A stretch of 64,000 nt of DNA from a virus. The translations under genes were made by a program, and so were the position numbers. Under the pieces are notes generated by a model that was not told where the DNA came from, did not search any database, and saw only the letters and a list, made by a program, of their open reading frames with translations. Each line of letters opens with the position of its first letter. The first letter of the stretch is position 1. This document shows, in pieces, positions 47,757 through 58,134 of the stretch. The stretch is from the IMG/VR virus record IMGVR_UViG_3300047564_005433, positions 1-64,000 of that record, one strand, 5' to 3'.

Positions 47757-48152
47757 TCAAGCGCCAGAATAATCAAGCTCGCCAATGAGCCTCACTGTAA
47801 CAGTGCTACGCCCATTGAATACGCTTTCCACTTGTGGAGGCTCAGCGTATTCCCAAAGGATGTTAGCAGGAGCCTGTAGAACGCCTTTTAGCTCAGAGGA
47901 AGTGCCAGAAAAAACAGCATCAGGGAGAGTGAAGCGAGCATAGTTGCCAAACTGTCCGTAGTAGTGATCAAGAATGGCTTTTGTATTTACGTCAGAAATG
48001 TTTTCAAACTGAAGATCAATGGCATGGCCAAATGAGCGATTGCCAAACACTCGTTTAACAGTGGCACCAGACAAACCACGATAAGTTTTAGTGGGAAACT
48101 GCCCTGGAGAATAAGAACGTCCAGTTGGTCTAATGGAAGGAAATATTGCCAT
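47757..48152 (-). CDS. Distal tail protein
   Basis: Directly after the tape measure; WEYAEPP. Confidence 0.65.
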   Translation of the reverse strand: MAIFPSIRPTGRSYSPGQFPTKTYRGLSGATVKRVFGNRSFGHAIDLQFENISDVNTKAILDHYYGQFGNYARFTLPDAVFSGTSSELKGVLQAPANILWEYAEPPQVESVFNGRSTVTVRLIGELDYSGA

Positions 48153-51100
48153 CAGCGGATACCAATACTAGAACGAGTGGAGGGGCTTTGCTTAATCTTA
48201 TCGAGCGTCATTGACATACCTCGTTGAGCACCGCCTGCAATGGAAGCTCGACGAGTTTCTGCCATTGCTTGCTCTAATTGTTCGCGGCTAACGTATTCTA
48301 CGCCATTGATCTTAGTAGTTTCAAACTTCATGCTGAGAGAGGGCGCCTGAGGCATGCCGGGGGCATTGCCTCCCATCATGTCGCGAGCGGAACGTCCTCC
48401 GAGCTGCACGGGAATGGAACGGCCATCGGGAAGGGGTACAACTGCTTCGTTGTACTTGCCTTCGCCTACTAAGCCAAGAGTAGGACCAGTGACCACTCCA
48501 CCATTAGCGAAAGCTTGGAATCCGCCAGGGGCAATACCTCCATTTGCAAACGGCGTAAATCCAGGTCCTTCCAGCATCGGGTATTTAGTAAATCCAGAAG
48601 TATCAAGACCTCCTTTTCCTCCGCCTCCTCCTCCACCAAGTCCAGCAAACATCTTTGCAATGCCAATGGCAATGTAAGTGGCAATCATTTGCGAAGCTGC
48701 TTGAGACAATGCTTGCCCCACGCTTTGCAAGAAGCTTGCAAACACTTCCTTGGCAGTGGCGGTGCCAGAGATCATGCTGGTAACGCCTTCAGTGAGCACA
48801 TTGGCAAATGCGCTGCTCACGCCAGCAATGGCTCCCTGCAGACCCTCGAATACGCTCCTGAGCTGCATGGCAGCAGTTTCAACATTTGCAAGTTGCGTGG
48901 CGTAATCAGTGTCGCCATACTGCTCCATTGCCCGTTCAAACACGCCCGCAGCACTTCCCGTAAAGCCGGCCCTCAGCCCACCACCAATTGCGCTCAAACC
49001 GCGTTGAGCCTCGAAAAGTCCTTGCTCCTTTTCAAGAAGCTTAAGGTTTTCAATACGAAGGCGAATTTGATCTCGAAGCCCGTTTGTACGACTTTCAATT
49101 AATTTTTGCTCGTCTGCTCTCAGCCCTGCAATTTTTTCTTCAACGATAAAATTAGCCTGCTGTTCTGCAGTGAGTTCGCCAACGCCATTTTTAAGATTGT
49201 TCAACAATGCCTCTTGTTTTTCAATCTCTAAATTCTCATTACGTAAGGCATCAATAAACGGCTTTTCAAGCTGAAGCCTTGCGCCCTTCACTGCAATATC
49301 TCTTTGTTTTTCGGCTATAGCCAGCCCGTTTGCCAGTTTGACTTCCTGATCCTTGATGGCAAGAGCTTTGTCGGCAGCACTTAAATTATCGTTTCTAATT
49401 TTTTCGGTTTCCAGGCGGAAGCGCTCTTGCAGTTCCGCTCTTTCCGTCTCAAGAGTGAGTTCAGCAAGTTTAATGTCGTAAGACGTTTGCGACAGCAAAT
49501 TCGCCTGCAACTGCTGATCCAGTATTTGCTTCTCTGCATCAAAGCGTTGCTTGATAAAATCAAGTTGGCTTCTGTTGTACGTATCAAGTTCTTTGCCTTT
49601 TTGTGTTCTACCGTCGCCTTCTGATGGTGAAATTGGAGCAAGCACTGCTTGCTGTTGCACTTGCTGTTCTTCAAACTTGATTTGTCTTTGCCTAAAAGCA
49701 GCTTCCGATTGAAGTCGTTGAGCTTGCGGGGCAAGCGCCATAGCCTCACTACGCTTAACGTAAATCGGGCCTCCCGGCGCCTGCTGAGATTGAATACCAC
49801 CTAACTGCTGCAATTGACTCAGTTCTTTCTGGCTCACTGGAACAAGCCTGTCCCCGCCTGGCTGCTGTGCTCCCTGTCGTCCAGCAATTTGTCCAATTAG
49901 TTGATACGCAGACTGCGCCTGCTGCTCTGCCGCCCTTGCTTCCGTTTGAGACATAGAGCGAATTGCTTGAGCGGCTCCAAGCGCTTTAGCTTTTGTATCG
50001 GCTAGCGCTTGGTTCATGCTCATGAATTTTTCAATGAGCATACTGATGCCAACAATTACAAGCCCCACTCCAGTAGTGGCGAAGAAAGTGCGCAATGTAA
50101 TGCCAGCAGTGCGAATAGAGGCGGCAGTGGTCTGGGCAGTGGCGCCAGTAGCGGCCATCATTCCTCTAAAAGCAGTAAGAGTGCTAGTACCAGTAGCCAC
50201 GCGAGTGTTGAAGATTACAAGCTGTAAAGCATTAGCGGCCCATAGCCCCTTCATCACATTGAGGGCAATATTAATTGGCAACGCAATGGCATATAGCCGA
50301 GCCAGATAACCAACAATCGGATTTCCCGCAATTTGCAGGAGCACCTTACTCACTTCAAGGGCTATGCGAGCAAATTGGCCAAATTGCTCAATCAATAAAG
50401 CAGCATTTTGCCTAATTCCATCGAACGCTGGCCGCAGTCTTTCAAGCTCTTGTGCAATGGCAAAACCGCCAGCCGTTTGCGCCGCCATGCCAGTAAAAAA
50501 CGACTTAAATCCGTCCGAAATCTCTTTAATGCCAGACGTTAGTGGCACCACTACGCCATTGAGGAAGTTAATTGCAACAGGCTCAAAGCTCTCATACAAG
50601 AGAGTCATTGAGTTTTGCATGCGATTAATGACGCCTTGGAAAGTCCGAGCGGCTCCTTCGGCTCCAGAGCCAAATTCCTGCTTCATCACAATGCCAACAT
50701 TTTTCAGCAACGCGACCATCGCTTCGCCTTTGTAGGCACCGTCTTCCAGCGCAGCAGAAAAGTCTTGAATTGCTTTTGGCCCTTCAAATCCAGCAGCTTC
50801 CGCAAACAACGCCATCGCACCGGGCAACACGTCACCCAGTTGCCCTTTAAGTTCTTCGCTCATCACTTGGCCTTTGCTTGCCATTTGAGCAAAGGCATAG
50901 TTCACGCGATCAACTTTATCTGCGCTCATGCCAAACGTGGCAGCAGCTTGCGTGATGCCAGTGAACAAATCTCTAATCTCATCTCCGCTAAACCCAGCAG
51001 GAGCCATGGAAGCATAAAGCTTAGTAAAACCATCGCGGGCCGATTGCAGCGGCACGTTATATTTATCAACTAAATCAAGAATGAGCTGATTAGAGGCGGC

Positions 51101-52759
51101 AGCTTCTTCTGCGGTGGGCGAAATAGCGCCAAGCGTATTACGGAAATTTTGAAGCTGGCTTACAGCCGCACCCACTTGTGCCGGAAAATTTTGAATGAAA
51201 GCAAGCATTTTATATGCCTGCCCAAATAGCAGTACTTGCTTAGTGGCAAACGCAAATTCAGAGCCGAGTTCGCGAATAACACCAGCGCCAGGGAGATTAA
51301 CGCCACCAAGAGCGCGCCCAAAGCCTCCCATGCCACCGGTTCCACCCCTGCCTCCTCCAGAAGGCGGGACGATGCCACCTCCGCCTCCTCCAATGGGAGC
51401 AGGAATACTTGGTGCTCGCATGAATTGCTGTTGCCCAAGAGCGGCACCAGTTCTCACTGCATTGAAACGCATTTGACCGATTGGCGTTGTACCGCCCGCT
51501 GCTGGCAGGAGTCCAGCCACTTGACTTCCCGGCCCAAGTAAGGGCTGTCTACTAATGGGAGCCTTGGGTGCTTGAGCAATTTCCCTTGCAACTGCTTGTA
51601 AATAAGTGCGCACAGCGCCTGCTAAAATATTGTTTAGCTCAAGCATGCTTGCTTGAGACGGTCTTCCTGGGAGAAATCCAGCAATGCGGCCAGCCCCAAG
51701 CAATGGCTGGCGTGAAATGGACGGCCCCATGTCCCGCACGCTCACCTGCCTAATACCAGCACGGATAGTGTCAAGGAAGGCATTGGCTGCTTCTCGCAGC
51801 ACTCGCTTCATCTCCTCTCCCAGAGCAGACGGGAGATAGCGCTGAGCCGCAAAAGCCGTACCAGGCAGTGCGCCGGGAGTTGCGCCAGGGGGCAGTGCTC
51901 TTCCGGTGTCAGAAGGGCCAATTGCAATGCGTTGGCGAGGTGGAACAGTCGCCGGAAAATCAACAGGAGGCAATGCTCGCGCTTGCCCCACTTGCCGACT
52001 AATTTCGGCAGCGCTCATGCCGCCGACCATTAGCGCCATTCGTGCAAGGCGATCAAGCATGCGGCGCATTTGGCGCGTGGCAGATCGCTCCGCGATCTCC
52101 ATAGCTTTTAATAAGCCCAGCTCAAAACCCTTGCCAGCGTCTTCGCCTATTTTTCTGAATTCCCTTGAAGGCGAAGCAATCCCTAAAACGCCTTTAATCG
52201 TTTTGATAAGGTTTTCTCCGATGGATGCAGCGGCAGTCTTTAATCGCTCGTCCTGACTTGCGAGACCATTAAGAAGGCCAGCAATTGCGTCGCGCCCAAC
52301 CAAATCAAGAGCTGCAACCATCGCAGCTTTTGTACGTGCTATTTCTTTATCAAATTCAAGAATTCCAGCTTTCGCAGCAGCCTTGTAAAGCTTTGCAACT
52401 TCTTTAGATCCAATGCCTCCAGATTGCGGACCAGGAAGAAGTGCTCCCATCCCCATTTGTTGCCGCACTCCACCTTGCCCAGCGGCTCTAACTCTCCCCA
52501 AATTTTCAAGTTCTTTGGCGAGCGTTTTCGCGTTTGCAATTTCGGCCTGCAAATTTGTATTGACATTTAACGTATAACTTCTTCGCCTAATATTTGCACC
52601 AAGAGCATTCAGTTCGTTCTGGACAGAGCGCCGATCAAGCTGCACCTTAATTGGCAGGTTATATCCAGCCGCCGCTTGCCCCAGTCCTGTTAATTGCTGC
52701 CTAAAAAAACCCAGGTCAAGACTTACCTTCAGCTTCAGTTCGGCGTCTTGAGCTGCCAT
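48152..52759 (-). CDS. Tape measure protein
   Basis: 1535 aa, Ala/Gly-rich; QMASKGQVMSEELKGQLGDVLPGA; FANGG..GEGKYNEAVVPL. Confidence 0.92.
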   Translation of the reverse strand: MAAQDAELKLKVSLDLGFFRQQLTGLGQAAAGYNLPIKVQLDRRSVQNELNALGANIRRRSYTLNVNTNLQAEIANAKTLAKELENLGRVRAAGQGGVRQQMGMGALLPGPQSGGIGSKEVAKLYKAAAKAGILEFDKEIARTKAAMVAALDLVGRDAIAGLLNGLASQDERLKTAAASIGENLIKTIKGVLGIASPSREFRKIGEDAGKGFELGLLKAMEIAERSATRQMRRMLDRLARMALMVGGMSAAEISRQVGQARALPPVDFPATVPPRQRIAIGPSDTGRALPPGATPGALPGTAFAAQRYLPSALGEEMKRVLREAANAFLDTIRAGIRQVSVRDMGPSISRQPLLGAGRIAGFLPGRPSQASMLELNNILAGAVRTYLQAVAREIAQAPKAPISRQPLLGPGSQVAGLLPAAGGTTPIGQMRFNAVRTGAALGQQQFMRAPSIPAPIGGGGGGIVPPSGGGRGGTGGMGGFGRALGGVNLPGAGVIRELGSEFAFATKQVLLFGQAYKMLAFIQNFPAQVGAAVSQLQNFRNTLGAISPTAEEAAASNQLILDLVDKYNVPLQSARDGFTKLYASMAPAGFSGDEIRDLFTGITQAAATFGMSADKVDRVNYAFAQMASKGQVMSEELKGQLGDVLPGAMALFAEAAGFEGPKAIQDFSAALEDGAYKGEAMVALLKNVGIVMKQEFGSGAEGAARTFQGVINRMQNSMTLLYESFEPVAINFLNGVVVPLTSGIKEISDGFKSFFTGMAAQTAGGFAIAQELERLRPAFDGIRQNAALLIEQFGQFARIALEVSKVLLQIAGNPIVGYLARLYAIALPINIALNVMKGLWAANALQLVIFNTRVATGTSTLTAFRGMMAATGATAQTTAASIRTAGITLRTFFATTGVGLVIVGISMLIEKFMSMNQALADTKAKALGAAQAIRSMSQTEARAAEQQAQSAYQLIGQIAGRQGAQQPGGDRLVPVSQKELSQLQQLGGIQSQQAPGGPIYVKRSEAMALAPQAQRLQSEAAFRQRQIKFEEQQVQQQAVLAPISPSEGDGRTQKGKELDTYNRSQLDFIKQRFDAEKQILDQQLQANLLSQTSYDIKLAELTLETERAELQERFRLETEKIRNDNLSAADKALAIKDQEVKLANGLAIAEKQRDIAVKGARLQLEKPFIDALRNENLEIEKQEALLNNLKNGVGELTAEQQANFIVEEKIAGLRADEQKLIESRTNGLRDQIRLRIENLKLLEKEQGLFEAQRGLSAIGGGLRAGFTGSAAGVFERAMEQYGDTDYATQLANVETAAMQLRSVFEGLQGAIAGVSSAFANVLTEGVTSMISGTATAKEVFASFLQSVGQALSQAASQMIATYIAIGIAKMFAGLGGGGGGGKGGLDTSGFTKYPMLEGPGFTPFANGGIAPGGFQAFANGGVVTGPTLGLVGEGKYNEAVVPLPDGRSIPVQLGGRSARDMMGGNAPGMPQAPSLSMKFETTKINGVEYVSREQLEQAMAETRRASIAGGAQRGMSMTLDKIKQSPSTRSSIGIR

Positions 52760-52792
52760 CTTGATTCCGCTTACTTTCTCTTCATTCTATAA

Positions 52793-53260
52793 TCATTGAT
52801 CCTGATTACGTCCGGCGAAGTTTTTAAGCTCGTCGGCAAGCAGTGCGATAACGCGCCCGTCCATTCTCTTCGTCTTCATTAAACGTTGCAGAACAATCAA
52901 GCTTTCGTCCGTCACGCCATCATCTTTCTTCAGTTTTTTCGTGTCAAATGGTAAGAAATCATCCGGCTTGACTTTGCTTTTCTTGCCCGCCAGCATTCCT
53001 GCTGCCATCGTACCAAGCTTCGCAACGGCAACGCTGCTCACATTGTATTTTGCAATATCATGACGATCAAGATATTTCAATGCACGCTTAACATCATCAA
53101 GCTTTTGGAGGCCAAAATTTTTGGCGCTCCATCGCTCATCCTTGAAATCTGAAGCAGAGAGTCTGAAATAAATTTCGTTCCAATCCGTCAAATTCTTAAG
53201 TTGTTGCCTAGCTCGTGCTTCAAGCTTTTCTGCTACTGAGGACCATTCCTCTTCGTCGCT
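52793..53260 (-). CDS. Tail assembly chaperone, -1 frame extension (GT)
   Basis: Frame is open from the A7 slippery site into the 52793-53191 ORF. Confidence 0.75.
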   Translation of the reverse strand, partial: SDEEEWSSVAEKLEARARQQLKNLTDWNEIYFRLSASDFKDERWSAKNFGLQKLDDVKRALKYLDRHDIAKYNVSSVAVAKLGTMAAGMLAGKKSKVKPDDFLPFDTKKLKKDDGVTDESLIVLQRLMKTKRMDGRVIALLADELKNFAGRNQDQ

Positions 53261-53766
53261 TTTTTTGCTGCCATGGCCTCCTGCGTCTCAGCATTTTGCT
53301 CTTCAGCAATAAACTCCACTACCTTCGCAATGGCCTTACGGGGAAGAGTTTTAGTGTCTTCAAGCTCCCAATCAGAAAGGTCTTGCCAGTCGCCATCAAT
53401 CATGCCTTGCCCGCGAGAACGAATGAAGGCAGTAACCATGCGAGCATTGGTAGCTTCTACAGATGACCCACTGGTAATCATTGCCAGGGTCTCTTCAGTG
53501 AAGTCAGAAAGCAATTCTGCTTCAGTAATGGTGCTACCGCCTTGCAATAGGGCAAAAGCCTCGTCCAGAGGAATCTCGCGCTGAGCGGCAATTCGCTTGG
53601 CAAGCTGGACGGCGCGAATAGTGGCTTGGCTTTGCAGTTTGCTAATTTCTTCCTGTTCAATGGATTCAGCAACAAGCCAGCTACCATAGCGCTTCAGGCG
53701 AATTTCGGGCAGCAGCTCAAAATAACCTTCAGTTTTGGTCTGAACCAGAAAGCTGTATTTGCTCAT
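53233..53766 (-). CDS. Tail assembly chaperone (G)
   Basis: Upstream of the tape measure; ends with GCA AAA AAA GCG. Confidence 0.75.
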   Translation of the reverse strand: MSKYSFLVQTKTEGYFELLPEIRLKRYGSWLVAESIEQEEISKLQSQATIRAVQLAKRIAAQREIPLDEAFALLQGGSTITEAELLSDFTEETLAMITSGSSVEATNARMVTAFIRSRGQGMIDGDWQDLSDWELEDTKTLPRKAIAKVVEFIAEEQNAETQEAMAAKKATKRNGPQ

Positions 53767-53992
53767 GATCAAGAATGTTAAGCAATGCGTTGAACACCTT
53801 CACTCGCTCATGGGAAGAGCGAAATTCAGGCGGCACTTCAACCAACATTGAATGATTGTCGTTGCTAATTCTAATGGTCTGTTCTCGGCAGGAAATAAGG
53901 CACAAAATGCCAACTTCCAAAGCAGTGCCGTCCACCAAGCAATTAATGGCATGCACTGTATTGTCTGCGCTCCACAAATAGTCAACTTTCAT
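53729..53992 (-). CDS. Hypothetical protein
   Basis: 87-aa ORF in the tail operon. Confidence 0.55.
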   Translation of the reverse strand: MKVDYLWSADNTVHAINCLVDGTALEVGILCLISCREQTIRISNDNHSMLVEVPPEFRSSHERVKVFNALLNILDHEQIQLSGSDQN

Positions 53993-54438
53993 TGCAATGC
54001 TGTTCTAATGCGCCCTTTGAGCTGTCTGCTTACATTACTGCCAGCAAACAAATCTCGCTGCTGAAATACATCCGTCCATTGCCGTGGAGAAAGGTTGGTA
54101 CTGAGTCCTTCATGCACATACCAAGCGTATCCTCTCCCGCTATCATTCTTTGCATCCCAGTCCCAAGAGGCGGTAATATCAATGCCCCCTTGTGAAATAG
54201 AAAAACTGTCGCGCCCGCTTCGGTAGAGTTCTCCTAAGTCAAAAATATCGCGAGGGCTGCTAACAGTTTCTCCATTTTTCCTTTCAGTTTCTCCGTCATA
54301 AGGCCATTTTTCTTCAAGAAATTGGTCACGGAAGTAATCATTCACGTCAAAACGCGTCCAAGTCTCAAAGGCTTTTACGAGCTTTGCCTCTAAGCTTTTT
54401 GCATTGACGATGGCCCCTCCAACGATAGTTGCGCTCAT
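53989..54438 (-). CDS. Tail completion/neck protein
   Basis: DLGELYRS..YAWYVHEG (HK97 gp10-like). Confidence 0.65.
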   Translation of the reverse strand: MSATIVGGAIVNAKSLEAKLVKAFETWTRFDVNDYFRDQFLEEKWPYDGETERKNGETVSSPRDIFDLGELYRSGRDSFSISQGGIDITASWDWDAKNDSGRGYAWYVHEGLSTNLSPRQWTDVFQQRDLFAGSNVSRQLKGRIRTALQ

Positions 54439-54845
54439 GATGCAATAAGAGGACGAAGAACAAGATCAGGAATCAAAAAGCGAGAACGCTCGTAAGCAAT
54501 ATCATCACCCGGAAAATATCTTTGCGTGGCATCAGGAAATCGCCGCACCATTCTGTCCATTGCCAAAGCAAGCGTATTGGAGCTTGGCGTGTATTGCACC
54601 ATTATCACTTCCCATACCTGCGTAACTTTTACAGTGCCTCCCAATGGAGATGCAGGCGTAAGCTGTGGAAACTCCCTCATTGTCACCTCCAGCCCTTTCA
54701 CCTTCCATTCTTTGGGCACACTTTGCCTGCCCACTACATACACTGCAGGAATCGTCGCGGCATTGGGTAGCGTATAAGTGCCAATCAGATTGGGCGATGC
54801 AGAAAGCAGCTCGGTGATAGTCTCACGCAGTTGAGAAATGTTCAT
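54435..54845 (-). CDS. Putative tail terminator
   Basis: Size and position. Confidence 0.5.
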   Translation of the reverse strand: MNISQLRETITELLSASPNLIGTYTLPNAATIPAVYVVGRQSVPKEWKVKGLEVTMREFPQLTPASPLGGTVKVTQVWEVIMVQYTPSSNTLALAMDRMVRRFPDATQRYFPGDDIAYERSRFLIPDLVLRPLIAS

Positions 54846-54896
54846 TAAAAAAAGCCTGCCCCGTAGGGACAGGCTAGCGAAAACAATGGAAAAGAA

Positions 54897-55475
54897 TCAG
54901 GAGTTAGGAGCGCTCGGGATGAGGCTGCCAGTATTCTCAGCATTCTGGTGAATGCCGATGCGGCCACGGCTGGTCAGATCAAAAGTCACTTCCACGAGGT
55001 TGTCAGCAGGATAGCTCTCGTTATAGTTCATCACGCATGCAACAAATGCCACGCGATCATAGTAGTAAGTGGTACCAGAAGCTCCGAGCTGCTTATTAAT
55101 TTCCACGTACACTTCGTGGTTCTTGTTGTAACGGCTTTCGCTAACCACTTGGAAAGCTTCGTCAAAGCTGTTGGGCAGGAACACAGTACCATCAACATCC
55201 TTCTGAAAATAAGACGTGATGGAGGCAGTAGCTTGGCTGGTAACAATCACGCTATCAGCGAAACCGCCGCCACCCAGCAGATAAAATTCTTGGTTGCCAT
55301 CATTGAAGGCAACAGAAGCAGTTGTAGCCGCCTGCAGAGTGTAGAGAGTGGGGGCGCCGCTTACGGTGAAGGTAGCGCCAGATTGAGTGATAACGGGACG
55401 AGCAGTGCCAGCAATAGAGCCCACGCGGACAATCACGTCCTGGCTCTTCACTAGCTCAGTGGGATGGTAGAGCAT
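54897..55475 (-). CDS. Major tail tube protein
   Basis: NYNESYPADNLVEVTFDLTSRG; followed by a terminator-like hairpin. Confidence 0.7.
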   Translation of the reverse strand: MLYHPTELVKSQDVIVRVGSIAGTARPVITQSGATFTVSGAPTLYTLQAATTASVAFNDGNQEFYLLGGGGFADSVIVTSQATASITSYFQKDVDGTVFLPNSFDEAFQVVSESRYNKNHEVYVEINKQLGASGTTYYYDRVAFVACVMNYNESYPADNLVEVTFDLTSRGRIGIHQNAENTGSLIPSAPNS

Positions 55476-55503
55476 GAGAAATTCCTCGATGGAAAGAAGA
55501 GAG

Positions 55504-55893
55504 TTAAGCGTTGTCCACGCTTCCTTTGCCAATCAGTCTAAAAATGCCCCTGATCGGCGTACCTAAAAACTGCCAATAGTGAATAGCAATTTGTTCGTTA
55601 GGCAACAGTTCAAATCTTCCTTCTCTTCCATTGATGGTGGCTTTTGCACTATCGCCAACAGTTACGCCAGACAGCGTAAGGGGACTGGTCATCCTGCCTT
55701 CCATGTAGACGGCAGTCAGATCAGCCCCCAACAGTTGGTCGTAACGAGGATTGGCTTTTTGCTTCAATGTGGCATAAAACGTAACTCCCGTGCTAACGGG
55801 CACGTAATTACCAGTTTCAGCATCAAGCGCATAGCCTGAAGCCACGTGAAATACCAGAGTGGCATTAGCAAGTGGCTCCAGAAAGTTACTCAC
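55504..55893 (-). CDS. Head closure protein
   Basis: Position; YALDAETGNY. Confidence 0.55.
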   Translation of the reverse strand: MSNFLEPLANATLVFHVASGYALDAETGNYVPVSTGVTFYATLKQKANPRYDQLLGADLTAVYMEGRMTSPLTLSGVTVGDSAKATINGREGRFELLPNEQIAIHYWQFLGTPIRGIFRLIGKGSVDNA

Positions 55894-56201
55894 ACGACAA
55901 ACCCAACAGAAGAAAGAGGAAGATTGTTGGTCATTCGTTTAAACTCCTGACCATATTGAGTAGCATCAAGCCCCTCGCCATATACTTTGCCGTCAGTGGC
56001 ACCAATTTGAATGCCCATTTGAGCAAGCTGAATGGCAATGATATGAGCAGCAAGGAACTTTACAGCCCTATCAGTTTGATCCCCAAACACATCGCTAGAG
56101 GCATCGTAAGAAGCCTCTGCAATGGCGCCATTGACGATGCCAGAAGGATGCGGGCTGAATTCAGGAAAGCGCTCAAGAAAGCTTGCATAAGAAACTGCCA
56201 T
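55890..56201 (-). CDS. Head-tail adaptor (DUF4054-like)
   Basis: FLERFPEF..LAAH..TQYGQEF. Confidence 0.8.
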   Translation of the reverse strand: MAVSYASFLERFPEFSPHPSGIVNGAIAEASYDASSDVFGDQTDRAVKFLAAHIIAIQLAQMGIQIGATDGKVYGEGLDATQYGQEFKRMTNNLPLSSVGFVV

Positions 56202-56203
56202 AA

Positions 56204-56590
56204 TCAGGCCTTCCCAATACGAATGGCTTCCGTGCGCTTTGCAATGGCATTCCTCACGCGAACGCGGCCTTCAATTTTCTTCCAATCAGCAAGACGATCT
56301 GCATCATGGATGAGTTCGATGGCACGAATGGCTTGCGTGAGAGGAAGTTCGCTAAGGCTTTGAACATTTTCAGGCAGGTCTTCTACCATCACTTGTTCTT
56401 TCATTTCTTCAATGGCGCCAATAGCAAGAAGCTTCTTGACCGTACCATTTTCCTTCGCCTCCTTCCATTTCTCATCAGGAATTTCCTGATTAAGACCAGG
56501 CGTCAGTTGAATGAGCCCGCTCTTGGTAATAATGCCAAACCCTGCATCACGAGGGGGATTTTCAAGTTCGGGACGATAAGCAATCAGCAT
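56204..56590 (-). CDS. Hypothetical head-associated protein
   Basis: LTPGLN..W motif; follows the capsid gene. Confidence 0.6.
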   Translation of the reverse strand: MLIAYRPELENPPRDAGFGIITKSGLIQLTPGLNQEIPDEKWKEAKENGTVKKLLAIGAIEEMKEQVMVEDLPENVQSLSELPLTQAIRAIELIHDADRLADWKKIEGRVRVRNAIAKRTEAIRIGKA

Positions 56591-56646
56591 TGTTCAAGAA
56601 AAACAATTGCTAATAGCTTAACGCCCCTCTTCTTGATTAACTATCC

Positions 56647-57555
56647 TCAGGCAGAGGCCTGCACATAGATCATGCTCTTGGGATAGTACAGAGCAACGCC
56701 ACCCACACGGGCATGGGCAGGAACGATGAATTCCAGACCACGCTGTTGAGGCGGGAACAGCTCGAGAGGCTGAGGGATGTGCAGTTGCACTTTCTCAGGA
56801 TCACGCTTGTACACAACCATACGGTCAGTGTTCAGCACGCTGTTGTCGGCTTCCAACTGGTTGATGGGCTCAACGTTACGAATGTAGGGGTTGGTACGCA
56901 GGAAATACTCAAGCACAGTCACGTCCGAGCTGTCGGAGTTACGAGTGGTGCTGATCTTGTTGTAGTCCGCGTAGGACAGCAGAATGGTATCGGGCTGTTC
57001 CTTCATCTTGGAGCCGTTGATGATGGCAGTCACGCCATAGTTCAGCAGTTCCAGCATTTCCTGGGCAGTGGTACCAGTAGTGGTGAACCACTTGTCAGCA
57101 GCAACCACGTCCACGGTGGAGTTGTTGAAGAAACCAGCCAAGCCCACAGAGCTTTCGCCGAAGAAAGCAAGGCTTTCCACTTTCTCTTCATAGGCACGAC
57201 GCACAGCAGCAGCGCGACGCTGCTCCAGAGCGATGTTGGCCATTTGAGCAGCACGCAGTTCCTGCACGGTGTAACCGAAGCTGCCACCGAAGGAACGAAT
57301 GTTGATGCTCTTTTCCACTTGGCTGATGTCAGCGCGGGGCAGATCATCAGCAGCGTCCGCAATCAGACGGAACTCACCAGTGGAGTCCATGATGCGATAG
57401 GTGAAGGTCTGGGCGCCAGGACCAGCTTCAGCAGTGACGGGCAGAACAGTGGGATATTTAATATCCGCATACTGCACTTCAAAAACTTGGGGGCGAATGT
57501 ACTCAAGCTGACGCTCAAGGAACAGGCCCGCATCATCCATACGGAATTCAGACAT
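56647..57555 (-). CDS. Major capsid protein (DUF2184, HK97 fold)
   Basis: FLERQLEYI, YTVQELRAA, GGVALYYP; strong codon bias. Confidence 0.9.
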   Translation of the reverse strand: MSEFRMDDAGLFLERQLEYIRPQVFEVQYADIKYPTVLPVTAEAGPGAQTFTYRIMDSTGEFRLIADAADDLPRADISQVEKSINIRSFGGSFGYTVQELRAAQMANIALEQRRAAAVRRAYEEKVESLAFFGESSVGLAGFFNNSTVDVVAADKWFTTTGTTAQEMLELLNYGVTAIINGSKMKEQPDTILLSYADYNKISTTRNSDSSDVTVLEYFLRTNPYIRNVEPINQLEADNSVLNTDRMVVYKRDPEKVQLHIPQPLELFPPQQRGLEFIVPAHARVGGVALYYPKSMIYVQASA

Positions 57556-57571
57556 TGTTAAGAGCCTCCTA

Positions 57572-58132
57572 TCAAGAATCAGCAGAGAGGGTGAAGCTCG
57601 GACCATTCAGCTCCAGAACAGCGAGACCGCTGCCAGTGGTGGAGGTGAGGAAACGAGCGTTAGCGAGGCGCACAGTTTTGCCCGATGCAAAAGCATGGGA
57701 GAACTGACCAGCCTTGCCAGTGCCACTAGCGGAATACAGCACACGCACGGGCGATGCGGGAGTAACAGCGCCGGTCACGTAGACGGCCACTGCACCTTCG
57801 TTAGCCACGTTCATGGCTTGCTGATTCTTCACACCAGGACGGCTGTTGCTGTCGAGGGCAGTTTCATCAACGTAGGTGAGGACGTTAACGCCCAGCACAG
57901 TGTCAGAAGCGCCAGAAATGGTAGTGGCGGAATTAGCGATGGTACCAGCAGTGTTATACACAGCCAGATTACCAAAGGGAACAACAGCGCCAGTCTCGTT
58001 GACGTAGGTGCCGATGGTGTTGTCGCGGATGTCAGACAGTTGACCTTCCAGCAGTGCAGCATGCGCGAGGCTGTAAGCCTGTTGCACGCCACCAGCGGAG
58101 GCGGTGCCCGAAGCAGAGAAAGTTACGGCCAT
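57572..58132 (-). CDS. Capsid decoration protein
   Basis: Between protease and MCP; VPFG, EGAVAV. Confidence 0.75.
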   Translation of the reverse strand: MAVTFSASGTASAGGVQQAYSLAHAALLEGQLSDIRDNTIGTYVNETGAVVPFGNLAVYNTAGTIANSATTISGASDTVLGVNVLTYVDETALDSNSRPGVKNQQAMNVANEGAVAVYVTGAVTPASPVRVLYSASGTGKAGQFSHAFASGKTVRLANARFLTSTTGSGLAVLELNGPSFTLSADS

Positions 58133-58134
58133 AA

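Noticed and set aside
56713-57561. 282-aa ORF antisense to the capsid gene, and similar shadow ORFs elsewhere
   Set aside because: Explained by codon bias of the real gene on the opposite strand
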